Positions 1 through 9,717 of a DNA stretch of 64,000 bases are shown here, in pieces. Position 1 is the stretch's first letter; each line of letters starts with the position of its first letter. Under the pieces are notes generated by a model. It was not told the origin of the DNA and did not search any database. It was given only the letters and a program-made list of their open reading frames with translations. Both the position numbers and the translations under genes were made by a program. Location of the stretch: the sequence record DRR378314_790; one strand, written 5' to 3'.

Positions 1-40
1 TGGCATTGATGCTGCGTTATCGCCTATTTACGAGGAATAA
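1..40 (+). CDS. Possible 3' end of an upstream CDS (…GIDAALSPIYEE*), truncated by the window edge
   Basis: Open frame from position 2 to TAA at 38-40; too short to identify. Confidence 0.35.
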   Translation, partial: GIDAALSPIYEE

Positions 41-158
41 TCACGCCACATAGGCGCTGCCTACCAACTACTAAACAGACTGCTGCAAACTTAACCTTGA
101 AAGGTAAACAGCCCCTAACAGTTTGCTTAACAGAATATGATGTTTTTTAGCTTTTTAT

Positions 159-175
159 AACTGGTCTGATGTGTT
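159..175 (+). promoter_or_regulatory. Putative FadR-type operator AACTGGTCTGATGTGTT
   Basis: 17-bp match to the FadR palindrome pattern AACTGGTCnGACCAGTT, just upstream of a hotdog-fold thioesterase-like gene. Confidence 0.55.
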
Positions 176-201
176 AGCTTTGTGATTATTAAAGCATTCA
201 C

Positions 202-687
202 ATGAGAAAAATAATGAGTGAACAATCTGCAGTTTTAAAAACATGGTTAAGATTAAAGAATATGCCGTTTGGTAATTGGTTATTTACTAAGGCTGTATGT
301 TTTAAAGCCCCTTATTTTGGTTCAATGAAACCCTATATTTTGGATTTGAAAGAGGGCTATTGTAGTGCAGTAGTAAAAAATAGGCGCAGCGTACATAATC
401 ATATCGGTACTATTCATGCGATTGCGCAATGTAATTTAGCTGAGCTATGCGCTGGCGTTATGGTTGATGCAACCGTCCCATACAAAACCCATCGCTGGAT
501 CCCTAAAGGGATGACTGTGAGTTACTTAGCTAAAGTAGATACTGACGTGACAGCTATTGCAGAAATTCAAATGCCAAGGCAATGGTTAGATAAAGAAGAT
601 TTAGTGGTACCGGTAAGGCTTTATAACACCCGTAACGAGCTAGTTTTTAGCGCAGATATAACAATGTACATTACAAAAAAGAAATAG
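202..687 (+). CDS. Hotdog-fold (PaaI/DUF4442-like) thioesterase-superfamily protein; start may be 214
   Basis: Motifs NHIGTIHAIAQCNLAEL and WIPKGMTVSYLAK are typical of this family. Confidence 0.8.
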   Translation: MRKIMSEQSAVLKTWLRLKNMPFGNWLFTKAVCFKAPYFGSMKPYILDLKEGYCSAVVKNRRSVHNHIGTIHAIAQCNLAELCAGVMVDATVPYKTHRWIPKGMTVSYLAKVDTDVTAIAEIQMPRQWLDKEDLVVPVRLYNTRNELVFSADITMYITKKK

Positions 688-1179
688 TTACTTTGTTTTC
701 TCGGCAGATTGTTTATTGAAAAATGACAAGTCACTGTCACCTGTATCTAACACGGAAGTAAGATCAGGTTTATCATTTTCGGTGCTCTTTAGCTCGACGG
801 TTTCTGCTTCATGGCGTTGTTTTAAGTTTCCTTCAATCGTTGCGCCAGCTTCGATACTCAGGGTATCTTGGTATATATCGCCATGTAATTCTGCGGTTTG
901 TTCAATAATAACTTTACCCGCATTGAGTGAACCGATGATCTTTCCTTTTACAACAACGCTATCAGCAACCACGCTACCTTCAACAACACCAGTAATACCA
1001 ATCACTAACAGGCTAACACGTACATCACCATCAATTCGGCCATCGAGCTGAACTTCACCTTGGCTGGTTAAACTACCAGTGAGGCGCATATCTTCAGAAA
1101 TAATAGAAGGTGTGTTGTTGGTTCTTTTTAATTGGTTACCAGTTAAACCAGTATTAGTTTGCTTTTTTTTACCGAACAC
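688..1179 (-). CDS. Bactofilin (polymer-forming cytoskeletal protein, CcmA/BacA family); likely GTG start at 1179 (MFGKKK…)
   Basis: Beta-helix repeats SIISEDMRLTGSL…VQLDGRIDGDV…LVIGITGVVEGSV…VKGKIIGSL…LSIEAGATIEG; overlaps the M23 gene stop. Confidence 0.9.
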   Translation of the reverse strand: MFGKKKQTNTGLTGNQLKRTNNTPSIISEDMRLTGSLTSQGEVQLDGRIDGDVRVSLLVIGITGVVEGSVVADSVVVKGKIIGSLNAGKVIIEQTAELHGDIYQDTLSIEAGATIEGNLKQRHEAETVELKSTENDKPDLTSVLDTGDSDLSFFNKQSAEKTK

Positions 1180-2317
1180 GTGCGAGCGCCTTAGTAATTT
1201 TAACAGGGTTAACATGCTTGTCATTGAGTAACACTTCATAATGCAAGTGCGTACTAGTACTTCGGCCAGTGCTACCCATCAAGCCAATTACGTCATTTTT
1301 AGTGACCGTTTGGCCTTTTTTAACTTTAATTTTATTAAGGTGGCCAAACCGAGTTACAAATCCATTCTTATGTTTTAATTCAATAAAATTACCATAACCG
1401 CCATTACGGCCAGCACGTAGGACTGTACCATCAGCAGGTGCGAAAATTTCGGTTTTATGCCAACCAGCTAAATCAACGCCTTTATGAAATGCTCTGCGAC
1501 CATTCATAGGATCTTTACGTAAACCGTAGCTGCTTGAAATATAATAATCTGCGGCAGGGAGAGATTGCGGTAACTCATTAAGTAAGCTTTCAAGGCTATT
1601 TAGCAGTAATAATTTATCAGCGATGGCTAAAAATTCACTCGGAATTTTTGATTCATCAAATACATTGAGTGGGCCACCCTGTGCGGTGTCATTCGAATTG
1701 ATGAGTAGTCGACTTGAAATGGCATCATCAATTCCCGCCACTTTAAGTGTTGCTAAAATACGTTGTTGGCGGTTTTCTATGTGTGCTTCAAGTGCGGTAA
1801 AATTGTTTTGATAGTGCTCACTTAAAAGAGCGAATCGTTGCTCTGCTGAGTAGTTGTTTAGGTGCGCCGTATTTTTACCACTAACCGGTTCATCAACAAG
1901 AGGCTCATGAAAATCACCTTGTTTTTTCTCTTCAATTTGAACAGCATCAGTCTCGCCTACTTTGCTAATAGACTCAGGTAACGATTCAATCATGCTTTGC
2001 AGTAAAGCATGCTTTTGCTCAAGTGCAGCTAATTGCTCCAATTGTTTTTCATGTAGTGCTTGTTGAGTTTGCTGTTGTTGTTGCCATTGTTGTTGCTTTG
2101 TTATTTGGCTTTTTTCAATGTCTGAAATTTTATTCGTTTGAGAGTAAACGTGAACGGTTGTTGTTACCAGCCACACTGTGGCTGCTAAAATAGCTAAAAC
2201 AATTGAAATTTGAAGCCAAGGCGCTAAAACCACATGTTTAACCTCGCCATTTTGACGGATCAATAGCTGTCGGGTAGGAAATAATTTGTGGTAAAAAGAC
2301 TTAATAAATACTGACAT
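1169..2317 (-). CDS. Membrane-anchored M23 family peptidoglycan endopeptidase (LmdC/Csd1-like) with coiled coil
   Basis: N-terminal TM, Q-rich coiled coil, Zn motifs HKGVD (HxxxD) and HLHYEV (HxH), GYGN motif. Confidence 0.9.
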   Translation of the reverse strand: MSVFIKSFYHKLFPTRQLLIRQNGEVKHVVLAPWLQISIVLAILAATVWLVTTTVHVYSQTNKISDIEKSQITKQQQWQQQQQTQQALHEKQLEQLAALEQKHALLQSMIESLPESISKVGETDAVQIEEKKQGDFHEPLVDEPVSGKNTAHLNNYSAEQRFALLSEHYQNNFTALEAHIENRQQRILATLKVAGIDDAISSRLLINSNDTAQGGPLNVFDESKIPSEFLAIADKLLLLNSLESLLNELPQSLPAADYYISSSYGLRKDPMNGRRAFHKGVDLAGWHKTEIFAPADGTVLRAGRNGGYGNFIELKHKNGFVTRFGHLNKIKVKKGQTVTKNDVIGLMGSTGRSTSTHLHYEVLLNDKHVNPVKITKALARVR

Positions 2318-2408
2318 GGCTCATAAATACTGGCTATTAACTGGTCCACGATAGCAATTTGAGATAAAAAAGCCAGAAAAAAATTGTAATTCTTACTCAT
2401 TTATATGT

Positions 2409-2432
2409 AAAAAGCGCCCAGTTGGGCGCTTT
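2409..2432 (-). terminator. Rho-independent terminator after fahA
   Basis: AAAAAGCGCCCA-GT-TGGGCGCTTT hairpin with U-tract on the minus strand. Confidence 0.8.
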
Positions 2433-2470
2433 AATTTGTTAACTTTTTATTAAAAATATTGGTTAATTAA

Positions 2471-3784
2471 TCACTTAGCTGGCAGGATAGTGCCTTCAAC
2501 TGAGCCAAAACCAATTCGTGCAAAACCTTCTTTTTCACACCAACCACGCATGATTACATTATCGCCATCTTCTAAGAAGCTACGTTGCTCACCGTTACTC
2601 AGGGTAATTTTTTCTTTACCACCGCGCGATAACTCAAGTAATGAACCGGCTTCTTCATGTGTTGGGCCTGATTGTGTACCAGAGCCAAGCATATCACCCG
2701 GCATAAAGTTACAGCCATTTACAGTGTGGTGAGTAACCATTTGCGCTACTGTCCAGTATGAATGTTTGAAGCTAGATTTAGATACTTGCTCTGGTGTGTG
2801 TTTTTCATCACGCATTTTTTGCGTTTCGATTTGTACATCCATCTGAATATCAAATGCGCCTAGTTCACGGTTTTGTGAAGACTCAAGGTAATCCATTGGT
2901 TGTGGATCATTCTCATCGCGTGTCCATGATGTTCTGTATGGAGCAAGCGCTTCAGTAGTGACGATCCAAGGCGAAACGGTAGAGGCAAAGTTTTTCGCAA
3001 GGAAAGGCCCTAGTGGTTGATATTCCCACGCTTGTAAGTCACGTGCAGACCAATCATTGAAAACACAGAAACCAAATACGTGGTTTTCAGCATTTTCGAT
3101 AGCAATTGCATCGCCAAGTTCATTGCCTTTACCTAGGTAGATACCTAGCTCTAATTCATAATCCAAGCGTTTACACGGACCAAATGATGGCACTTCTGCA
3201 TCGGGTGCTTTAGTTTGGCCATTAGGGCGATGGAAAGTTTGTCCTGATACATCGATTGATGATGAGCGACCATGGTAACCAATTGGCACCCATTTGTAGT
3301 TTGGCAGTAATGGGTTATCTGGGCGGAATAAGCTACCCACGGCTGTAGCGTGGTAAATTGACGTATAAAAGTCAGTGTAATCGCCAATACGACACGGTAA
3401 TGCGAATTCAATATCTGCTTGGGCAATTAACGCTTCAGATAATAAAGCTTGCTCCGATGCACCTTCGCGAAGTGCTTTTGAAAGCGCTAAACGTAGTGCT
3501 GACCAATATTGTTGGCCCAAGCCCATAAACTCATTGAGTGTCGGTTGGCTTGCCGCTGCAACAGCAGTTTGCGCATCACCTGAAAAAATAGCTAATTCGT
3601 TTACTTTTGCAAGGTCTATAACTTGATCGCCAATAGCAACAGCACCACGGAAAGCTTCGTCAGCGTTCTTACGACGTACTTCTGCAAATGGTAAGTTTTG
3701 AATAGGGAAGTCACAGTTTGCAACATTCGCTGAGGCTACCCAGCTAGTTAAATTTATATCATGGGTTTCGTTAATTAAACTCAT
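2471..3784 (-). CDS. fahA: Fumarylacetoacetase
   Basis: Motifs DFPIQNLPF, GDYTDFY, GYHGRSSS, LDYELE, NDWSARD, PLGPFLAKNF. Confidence 0.95.
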   Translation of the reverse strand: MSLINETHDINLTSWVASANVANCDFPIQNLPFAEVRRKNADEAFRGAVAIGDQVIDLAKVNELAIFSGDAQTAVAAASQPTLNEFMGLGQQYWSALRLALSKALREGASEQALLSEALIAQADIEFALPCRIGDYTDFYTSIYHATAVGSLFRPDNPLLPNYKWVPIGYHGRSSSIDVSGQTFHRPNGQTKAPDAEVPSFGPCKRLDYELELGIYLGKGNELGDAIAIENAENHVFGFCVFNDWSARDLQAWEYQPLGPFLAKNFASTVSPWIVTTEALAPYRTSWTRDENDPQPMDYLESSQNRELGAFDIQMDVQIETQKMRDEKHTPEQVSKSSFKHSYWTVAQMVTHHTVNGCNFMPGDMLGSGTQSGPTHEEAGSLLELSRGGKEKITLSNGEQRSFLEDGDNVIMRGWCEKEGFARIGFGSVEGTILPAK

Positions 3785-3892
3785 TACATTTCCTTTGGTT
3801 TAGTCAGTCGCGCTTTACAGTGGATATGGTGATGATTAGCGCGATTTAAACAGTGAAAATCAGATTGTGATTTATAAAATAGGTTAAACGAC

Positions 3893-3918
3893 AAAAAGCA
3901 GCGAGTTCGCTGCTTTTT
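3893..3918 (-). terminator. Rho-independent terminator between hppD and fahA
   Basis: AAAAAGCAGCGA-GT-TCGCTGCTTTTT perfect hairpin with T/A tails. Confidence 0.8.
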
Positions 3919-3936
3919 AATTTTATAGTCTAAAGC

Positions 3937-4983
3937 TTAAAGAACGCCGCGACGCTCTTGATCACGCTCAATCGATTCAAACAGTGCTTGGAAGTTACCT
4001 TCACCAAAACCACCATCATCCACACGTTGAATCATCTCAATAAAGATTGGACCAAATAAGTTTTTAGAGAAAATCTGTAGTAAGTAACAGTCTTCACTTT
4101 GGCTATCTACCAAAATTTGATGCTCACGGATTTTTTCTTTGTCTTCTTTAACCCACGGTACACGGTCAAAAATTGTCTCGTAGTACTCAGGGATAATATC
4201 AAGAGTTGCAATCGTTGATTTATCTAGCTTATCAAGTGAGCTTACAAGGTCATCAGTCAAAAATGCTAAATGCTGTACACCTGGGCCATTGTATTCACCT
4301 AGGTATTCATCAATTTGGTTATTATCGTTGCCTTTACCTTCATTGATTGGAATTGAGAAGGTGCCACATGGTGATTTAAGTGCATAAGATAATAGTGCTG
4401 TTTTCTGGCCTTTAATATCAAAATAACGTACTTCAGTGAAACCAAATACATCTTTATAAAAATTAGCCCATGTTTCCATAGTGCCTTTATAAACGTTATT
4501 GGTTAAATGATCGATACGTAGGAAGCCTTTATCAGCAACCACATTTTGCTCAGCTAAATCTTCAAAGTCGTTATCGTAGATAGAGCCGTCTTTACCAAAT
4601 TGTTCGATGAAGTAAATTAGGCTATCACCGATACCGTAGATTGCTGGGTATGGTAAGTCTTTATGTGTTGAGTCTGTTGCTGGTTTTGCACCACGCGCTA
4701 CGGCAGTTTCGAATGCATGTTGAGCATTCTCAACGCGCCAGCCCATTGAACAAATTGCAGGACCATGGCTTTTTGCAAATTCTGCTGAAAAACCACCACG
4801 TTCATTATTTAATAAAAAGTGGATATCGTTTTGGTTGTAGTAAACGATGTCTTTACCTTTGAATGTTTTTAACTTAGAAAAACCAAAATCGGTAAATACT
4901 TTATCCATGTAGTCAGCATCTGGTGTTGCGTATTCTGTAAACTCGATACCAACTAAACCTAAAGGGTTCTTTTCATCACTCAT
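3937..4983 (-). CDS. hppD: 4-hydroxyphenylpyruvate dioxygenase (start ATG 4983)
   Basis: NPLGLVGIEF start, IDHLTNNV, GVQHLAF, LLQIF, GFGEGNFQALFESIERDQ; GGAG RBS upstream of 4983. Confidence 0.95.
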   Translation of the reverse strand: MSDEKNPLGLVGIEFTEYATPDADYMDKVFTDFGFSKLKTFKGKDIVYYNQNDIHFLLNNERGGFSAEFAKSHGPAICSMGWRVENAQHAFETAVARGAKPATDSTHKDLPYPAIYGIGDSLIYFIEQFGKDGSIYDNDFEDLAEQNVVADKGFLRIDHLTNNVYKGTMETWANFYKDVFGFTEVRYFDIKGQKTALLSYALKSPCGTFSIPINEGKGNDNNQIDEYLGEYNGPGVQHLAFLTDDLVSSLDKLDKSTIATLDIIPEYYETIFDRVPWVKEDKEKIREHQILVDSQSEDCYLLQIFSKNLFGPIFIEMIQRVDDGGFGEGNFQALFESIERDQERRGVL

Positions 4984-5094
4984 TTTAATTCTCCCGCAAT
5001 TAAGCACTGCGTTTAGTGTTGTTTAATGAGTGGGATGATTAACCATAAATGTGATTAGGGGAAGAGGTTGCATTTATTTAGCCCAAAGCCAAAT

Positions 5095-5112
5095 TGTAAA
5101 TTAAATGGGACG
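5095..5112. promoter_or_regulatory. Putative TyrR/PhhR box upstream of hppD (TGTAAA-TTAAAT-GGGACG)
   Basis: Perfect TGTAAA half site, N6 spacer and a degenerate second half; a similar site lies upstream of tyrR. Confidence 0.5.
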
Positions 5113-5282
5113 GAATTTTTAATACCTAATAGCTTCCTACTTGCCTAGCTCATGTTATCAGCGTGCGTTTTATGGCGACATGTTCTTTTTATATGTAAGC
5201 GTTTAATTTTTAATGCTTTATAAGTGCTGTTAGTTAGGTAAATATGGAAACGTATTCCCTTATTCACCTAACGTAACTGTAA

Positions 5283-8024
5283 TTAATTATTTACACTGGC
5301 TCGGTTTTTGTTAAAAAATTGGCTGCGTTGTTGAAGCCACACGTTAGGTTTAATTACAGGTGCACTTTGATAATGACGTTTTACAGCTTCATTTAACTGT
5401 CGAGTTGACTGAGTAAATGAAAGCGAGTGTGTTGCTTCGCCAAGGGATGCGATTTCTTTGTCAGTCATAGTACGCCCAGCGAACAGCATAGCGTTTAAAA
5501 AACCGGCTTCGGTCTCATAATCGTTCTCTGTAAATAATAATGCGGCCTGATTAATTGCCCAGCGAGCGTCAATTTCTCCTTCATCTTTGACGCCAGTAAG
5601 TTTGCCGTTAATATATATTTTTAATACGCCATTAGCAGGGGCGGCGTAAAATACAAACGCAATACGATTCCATTCATTGCTGTTTAGCTCACCAAAGTAA
5701 CCGCTATCAGTGGTTGTTATGCCGATGCCATTACTTGTGTTGTAGTAAAGTTCAGCATCAGTGAGGTTTGTTAAATCTGTTTGCCATAACGAACGCCAAC
5801 TTTTGTCGCTGCCCTCAGGCCATAGCACATCCATTACTAATGTATAATCAGAAATGAGATTTTGTTCCTTAAAGTCGCCATTAGCGGGAGTATTGGCTGT
5901 TAATGTAAAGCCTTCTGTTGGGCTATGACGTGCAAATGCCATCACACCTGAAGGGCCTTCCTTTAGATCTGAAATGTTTAATTCGGTGGTTGTTTTAAAC
6001 TGTGTTTTCTCATCACCCCAATTATCAGATTCAGGGTCGTAATAACTCAGTACAGCTGGGCCGATGTCTGCTAATAATGGCGTTTCAGGATTATCAAAGT
6101 TCCAAATGGTAATACTGTCATCGACTTTACATGCGCTGAGTACTTCATCAACGTCAATATACATGCATTGACTGGTACGAAAGCGCGCGTAATTATCAAG
6201 TATGGCCCAAGCCTCGGCCAGTAAAGTTGGATCATTTAAGGTCACATTACCAAAAAATAAGTCGCCATTAAAAGCTGGCCCCTTATGTAAAGCTACCGTA
6301 TATAGTTGAGTGTCTAAGACGCTATCTGGTGCTATGTAAACCCATTCAGGCACAGCTGCTGCCATTACTTTGAGGTCTGAGCCGCTCACCATCACTTGAT
6401 ATATGGCATTAAAACCGGATGTATTAGAAGGCTGTCTTTCGACTTGAAATACATTATGAAAATCTTCCTGAGTCAGCGTGCCTGGGGTCCAACGATCTTG
6501 TACTTGAGTTGGATCGAACAACACGGCGTCTATATTCGAAAATTGATGTTGTGTAGCGAGTCCTGTTATGTGACTGAGCTCTTTAACAGTTGGGAAGTTT
6601 TGTGAAAGAGCTATCTCTGTTTGGGCATCTGGGGCATATTTACCCATGATCATATCAACTTCACGCTGAGTGTTGGAATCAATTGTTGAAACTGACGTTG
6701 TAGCAACCGTGTTGTAGTCTATATTTTTTACTGTTTTTGTTTGGGCATCAAATGTTAATGTTAAGTCTGTTAACCCTTGCGCGAAAAAGTTGGGTTGTAT
6801 AACAATGGTCCCGTTATCTAGTTGTTGATAACTCTCGCCACCGTGAGTATGTCCGCCTAAAACTAAATCAATGCCCGGAACATTTTGCGCAACACGTACA
6901 TCTGACCCTTCGCCTAAATGGCTCACCATAACCATATAGTCTACATCTTGGCGGTATTTATTGACCAGCTCTTGTGCGACATCCTGCCATAGCCAATTCA
7001 TTTTAAAGTTTGCGATGAAATCAGGGATAGGATCAGTTTCAAGTGGTTCATCCAGCTCATTCCAAGGCACTGAGGTCATACCAAAAAAACCAACTTTTAA
7101 GCACCCAACTTGGACAACAGAGAAGTCAACTGCGTCAAACGTTGTATCGGGTGCACCTTCATAGGTGGTGTTACTGGCCAGAACTATTGCGTTTTCGTCA
7201 CTTGCGTAATCGAGCAGTTGTTCAGGTCCCCATGCATAGTCATGATTACCAACAACTCTGACATCAAAAGCCATCGCTTTAATTGCCTCAACAGTTGCTT
7301 GTCCCATTGATGTTTGCTCTGCAACGGTCCCTTTTTCGTAATCATCACCACCATTGGTAAATAAAGTGAAAGGTTGTTCTGCGATGGCAGCATTGTAATA
7401 GCCTTTAATGCGACTAAAATATTGTTCTTTAAAACCAAAACGAGCATGCAAATCTGCAACGTGGATGAATCGCAACATTTGCTCGTTTTGATTATCAACA
7501 CATTGCGGTCCTATTGTTTTTGCAACGAGTGGCAAAGTTCGAGATTGTACGGCAAAAGTCCCAAATGCTGATATTTGTGCACTGATTTGGTTTAAATTAG
7601 TTGTTGTGCTCGCCAATGGCTGCCAAGATTCATCTACGAGCTGAACAATAGTATAAGCTTGTTGCTCGGTGGCATCAGGTACCGTAATAGTGACTGTTAG
7701 TGGATTAGTAAATATGATGTCGCTGGGTGTAAAAGTATAAAGAGGTGAAACAATATTAAGTGCCTTATTAGCCTCATCTACATCCATTTTACTATAGATA
7801 AAGCTGGTATCAGATGATACTGCATTGGCTGGTGCACTAAGCTCTATGAGATCATTATCAAAGCTTTCAGAGAGGCCTGATTCAACTGAAATGATTAAGT
7901 TTGATTCAGCAACTTCAAAGTTAGTCTCTTTTTTAGAGCTATCTCCGCCGCACCCGCTTACTAACATGAGTAATATGCTTACACTAAGCAACTTACTATT
8001 AGGAAAAAAACTCATAATATCCAT
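5283..8024 (-). CDS. Lipoprotein: bifunctional metallophosphatase/5'-nucleotidase-like domain with N-terminal ZU5-like and C-terminal LamG-like domains
   Basis: Lipobox LVSGC; calcineurin-like motifs HVADLH, GGDD, GNHD, SHLG, GGHTH; C-terminal WNRIAFV…KIYINGKL LamG pattern. Confidence 0.8.
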   Translation of the reverse strand: MDIMSFFPNSKLLSVSILLMLVSGCGGDSSKKETNFEVAESNLIISVESGLSESFDNDLIELSAPANAVSSDTSFIYSKMDVDEANKALNIVSPLYTFTPSDIIFTNPLTVTITVPDATEQQAYTIVQLVDESWQPLASTTTNLNQISAQISAFGTFAVQSRTLPLVAKTIGPQCVDNQNEQMLRFIHVADLHARFGFKEQYFSRIKGYYNAAIAEQPFTLFTNGGDDYEKGTVAEQTSMGQATVEAIKAMAFDVRVVGNHDYAWGPEQLLDYASDENAIVLASNTTYEGAPDTTFDAVDFSVVQVGCLKVGFFGMTSVPWNELDEPLETDPIPDFIANFKMNWLWQDVAQELVNKYRQDVDYMVMVSHLGEGSDVRVAQNVPGIDLVLGGHTHGGESYQQLDNGTIVIQPNFFAQGLTDLTLTFDAQTKTVKNIDYNTVATTSVSTIDSNTQREVDMIMGKYAPDAQTEIALSQNFPTVKELSHITGLATQHQFSNIDAVLFDPTQVQDRWTPGTLTQEDFHNVFQVERQPSNTSGFNAIYQVMVSGSDLKVMAAAVPEWVYIAPDSVLDTQLYTVALHKGPAFNGDLFFGNVTLNDPTLLAEAWAILDNYARFRTSQCMYIDVDEVLSACKVDDSITIWNFDNPETPLLADIGPAVLSYYDPESDNWGDEKTQFKTTTELNISDLKEGPSGVMAFARHSPTEGFTLTANTPANGDFKEQNLISDYTLVMDVLWPEGSDKSWRSLWQTDLTNLTDAELYYNTSNGIGITTTDSGYFGELNSNEWNRIAFVFYAAPANGVLKIYINGKLTGVKDEGEIDARWAINQAALLFTENDYETEAGFLNAMLFAGRTMTDKEIASLGEATHSLSFTQSTRQLNEAVKRHYQSAPVIKPNVWLQQRSQFFNKNRASVNN

Positions 8025-8134
8025 TTTACCACTAAGTCTAATAATCTCATGATAGCAGTAATAAATGCGTGGTTATAGGTACTTTATATAGAATATATTA
8101 ACGTGGAAGTAACATAGGCTCAAAAAGGGGAGGG

Positions 8135-8169
8135 AATAAAATAGGCAAGATATTACTACCTTGCCTATT
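8135..8169 (-). terminator. Probable terminator after the POT transporter
   Basis: AATAGGCAAG…CTTGCCTATT inverted repeat with adjacent A-run. Confidence 0.6.
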
Positions 8170-8223
8170 CGGGAGCTAAAGTTGATACGAGGGTATCAAT
8201 TTATAAAAACTAACGCTTTATTT

Positions 8224-9717
8224 TCAAACGTTGTTTTCAGTTAGCCCTTGTTTTTCCCAGATTTTAGCTTTGAAGCTCATTAGCACTAATATAATACCTA
8301 CGCCTATGCTAAAGAGTGCAATTTGTAAGTACAGGTAAGGAATTTCTTCCATGTTGTTCGGATCAAAACCACCAGCTAATAAGCCTGCGATGATATTACC
8401 GATAGAATAAGTTAATACGAATACACCCATCATCTGGCCAGAGAAACGCTTCGGTGACAAACGGCTTACTGCGCTTAATGCTACTGGGCTTAAACATAGT
8501 TCACCAACAGTGTGTAAGAAGTAGGTAGTAACTAGCCAGTATGGCGCTACTTTTAAACCCTCTGCAGCGTAATGAGCAGCCATAAACATCACTAAAAAGC
8601 CAGAAGCCATGATGATTAAGCCAATCGCGCATTTGACGCTGTATGAAGGTGAAATCATTTTTTTAGATAAGTTAATCCATAGCGCCGCAAAAAACGGTGA
8701 CAGAACAATAATAAAAATAGCGTTTAGTGATTGGAACCACGCGGTTGGGATTTCAAAAGAACCGATTAAACGGTCAGTGTAATCACGTGCAAATAAGTTT
8801 AGCGATGAGCCTGCTTGTTCAAAGCCAGACCAAAAACACGCTGAGGCTACACACACTAAAAACAGTGCCCACATACGGCGTTTTTCAGCTTCAGTCAGCT
8901 TGCCTTTGAAATAGATAATGCCAAAGTAAGCGAAGAAAATAAGTGTGAATGCGATTGCAACGTAGCCAGCTATAACAACAGGATCAATGATTAGGTGGCC
9001 AGTCATTGCAGCTGCAACGATTGATGCAACAACGATTATAAAAGTAGCGATACCAAACCAAGCACGTGTAATACCTCTTGCACTTAGCGGGTTAGCTGGC
9101 TGAGCACTATTACTCGGCAAGTGTTTGGTTGTTAAATGATATTGAATAAGACCAATACCCATACCCACAGCAGCAGCACCAAAAGCCCAGTGCCAGCCTA
9201 CATTTTCCATGAAGTAACCACACACATAATAACCGATGATTGAGCCTAAGTTGATGCCCATGTAGTAAATTGCATAACCACTGTCACGGCGCTCGTCTTC
9301 ACTGCTGTATAGCAATCCGACCATAGCACTTATATTTGGCTTTAATAGACCCGTACCTGTGGCAACAAAAACCAGGCCGATGAAAAATGAATATTCATGT
9401 GGGATAGCCAAAATAATATGGCCGATCATGATTATGATACCGCCATACCATACCGCTTTTTGGCCACCAAACAGACGGTCAGCTAGCCAACCACCGGGTA
9501 AACCTAAAAAGTAAACTGCACCTGTGTACAAACCATAAATTGCAGCGGCGGAGGCGACAGTAAAACCTAGTCCTTCTTCTTGCAAACTAGCGGTCATGAA
9601 AAGTACTAATAAGGCACGCATGCCGTAATAGCTCATTCGTTCCCACATTTCAGTGAAGAACAGTGTTGAAAGTCCTTTTGGGTGGCCAAAAAAGCCCCCA
9701 GTTGAAGATGAACTCAT
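8224..9717 (-). CDS. Proton-dependent oligopeptide transporter (POT/PTR, MFS)
   Basis: GHPKGL, EMWERMSYYGM (ExxER) motif, GTGLLKPN, GELCLSP; many TMs. Confidence 0.95.
   Translation of the reverse strand: MSSSSTGGFFGHPKGLSTLFFTEMWERMSYYGMRALLVLFMTASLQEEGLGFTVASAAAIYGLYTGAVYFLGLPGGWLADRLFGGQKAVWYGGIIIMIGHIILAIPHEYSFFIGLVFVATGTGLLKPNISAMVGLLYSSEDERRDSGYAIYYMGINLGSIIGYYVCGYFMENVGWHWAFGAAAVGMGIGLIQYHLTTKHLPSNSAQPANPLSARGITRAWFGIATFIIVVASIVAAAMTGHLIIDPVVIAGYVAIAFTLIFFAYFGIIYFKGKLTEAEKRRMWALFLVCVASACFWSGFEQAGSSLNLFARDYTDRLIGSFEIPTAWFQSLNAIFIIVLSPFFAALWINLSKKMISPSYSVKCAIGLIIMASGFLVMFMAAHYAAEGLKVAPYWLVTTYFLHTVGELCLSPVALSAVSRLSPKRFSGQMMGVFVLTYSIGNIIAGLLAGGFDPNNMEEIPYLYLQIALFSIGVGIILVLMSFKAKIWEKQGLTENNV

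Noticed and set aside
60-130. GCAAAC…ACCTTGAAAGGT…GTTTGC potential structure resembling a c-di-GMP-I riboswitch
   Set aside because: It lacks the second-stem GACGCAAAG-type consensus; not supportable without an Infernal/Rfam search.
2040-2100. TGT/TGC triplet-rich stretch
   Set aside because: It encodes the Gln-rich coiled coil of the M23 protein; not an independent repeat element.
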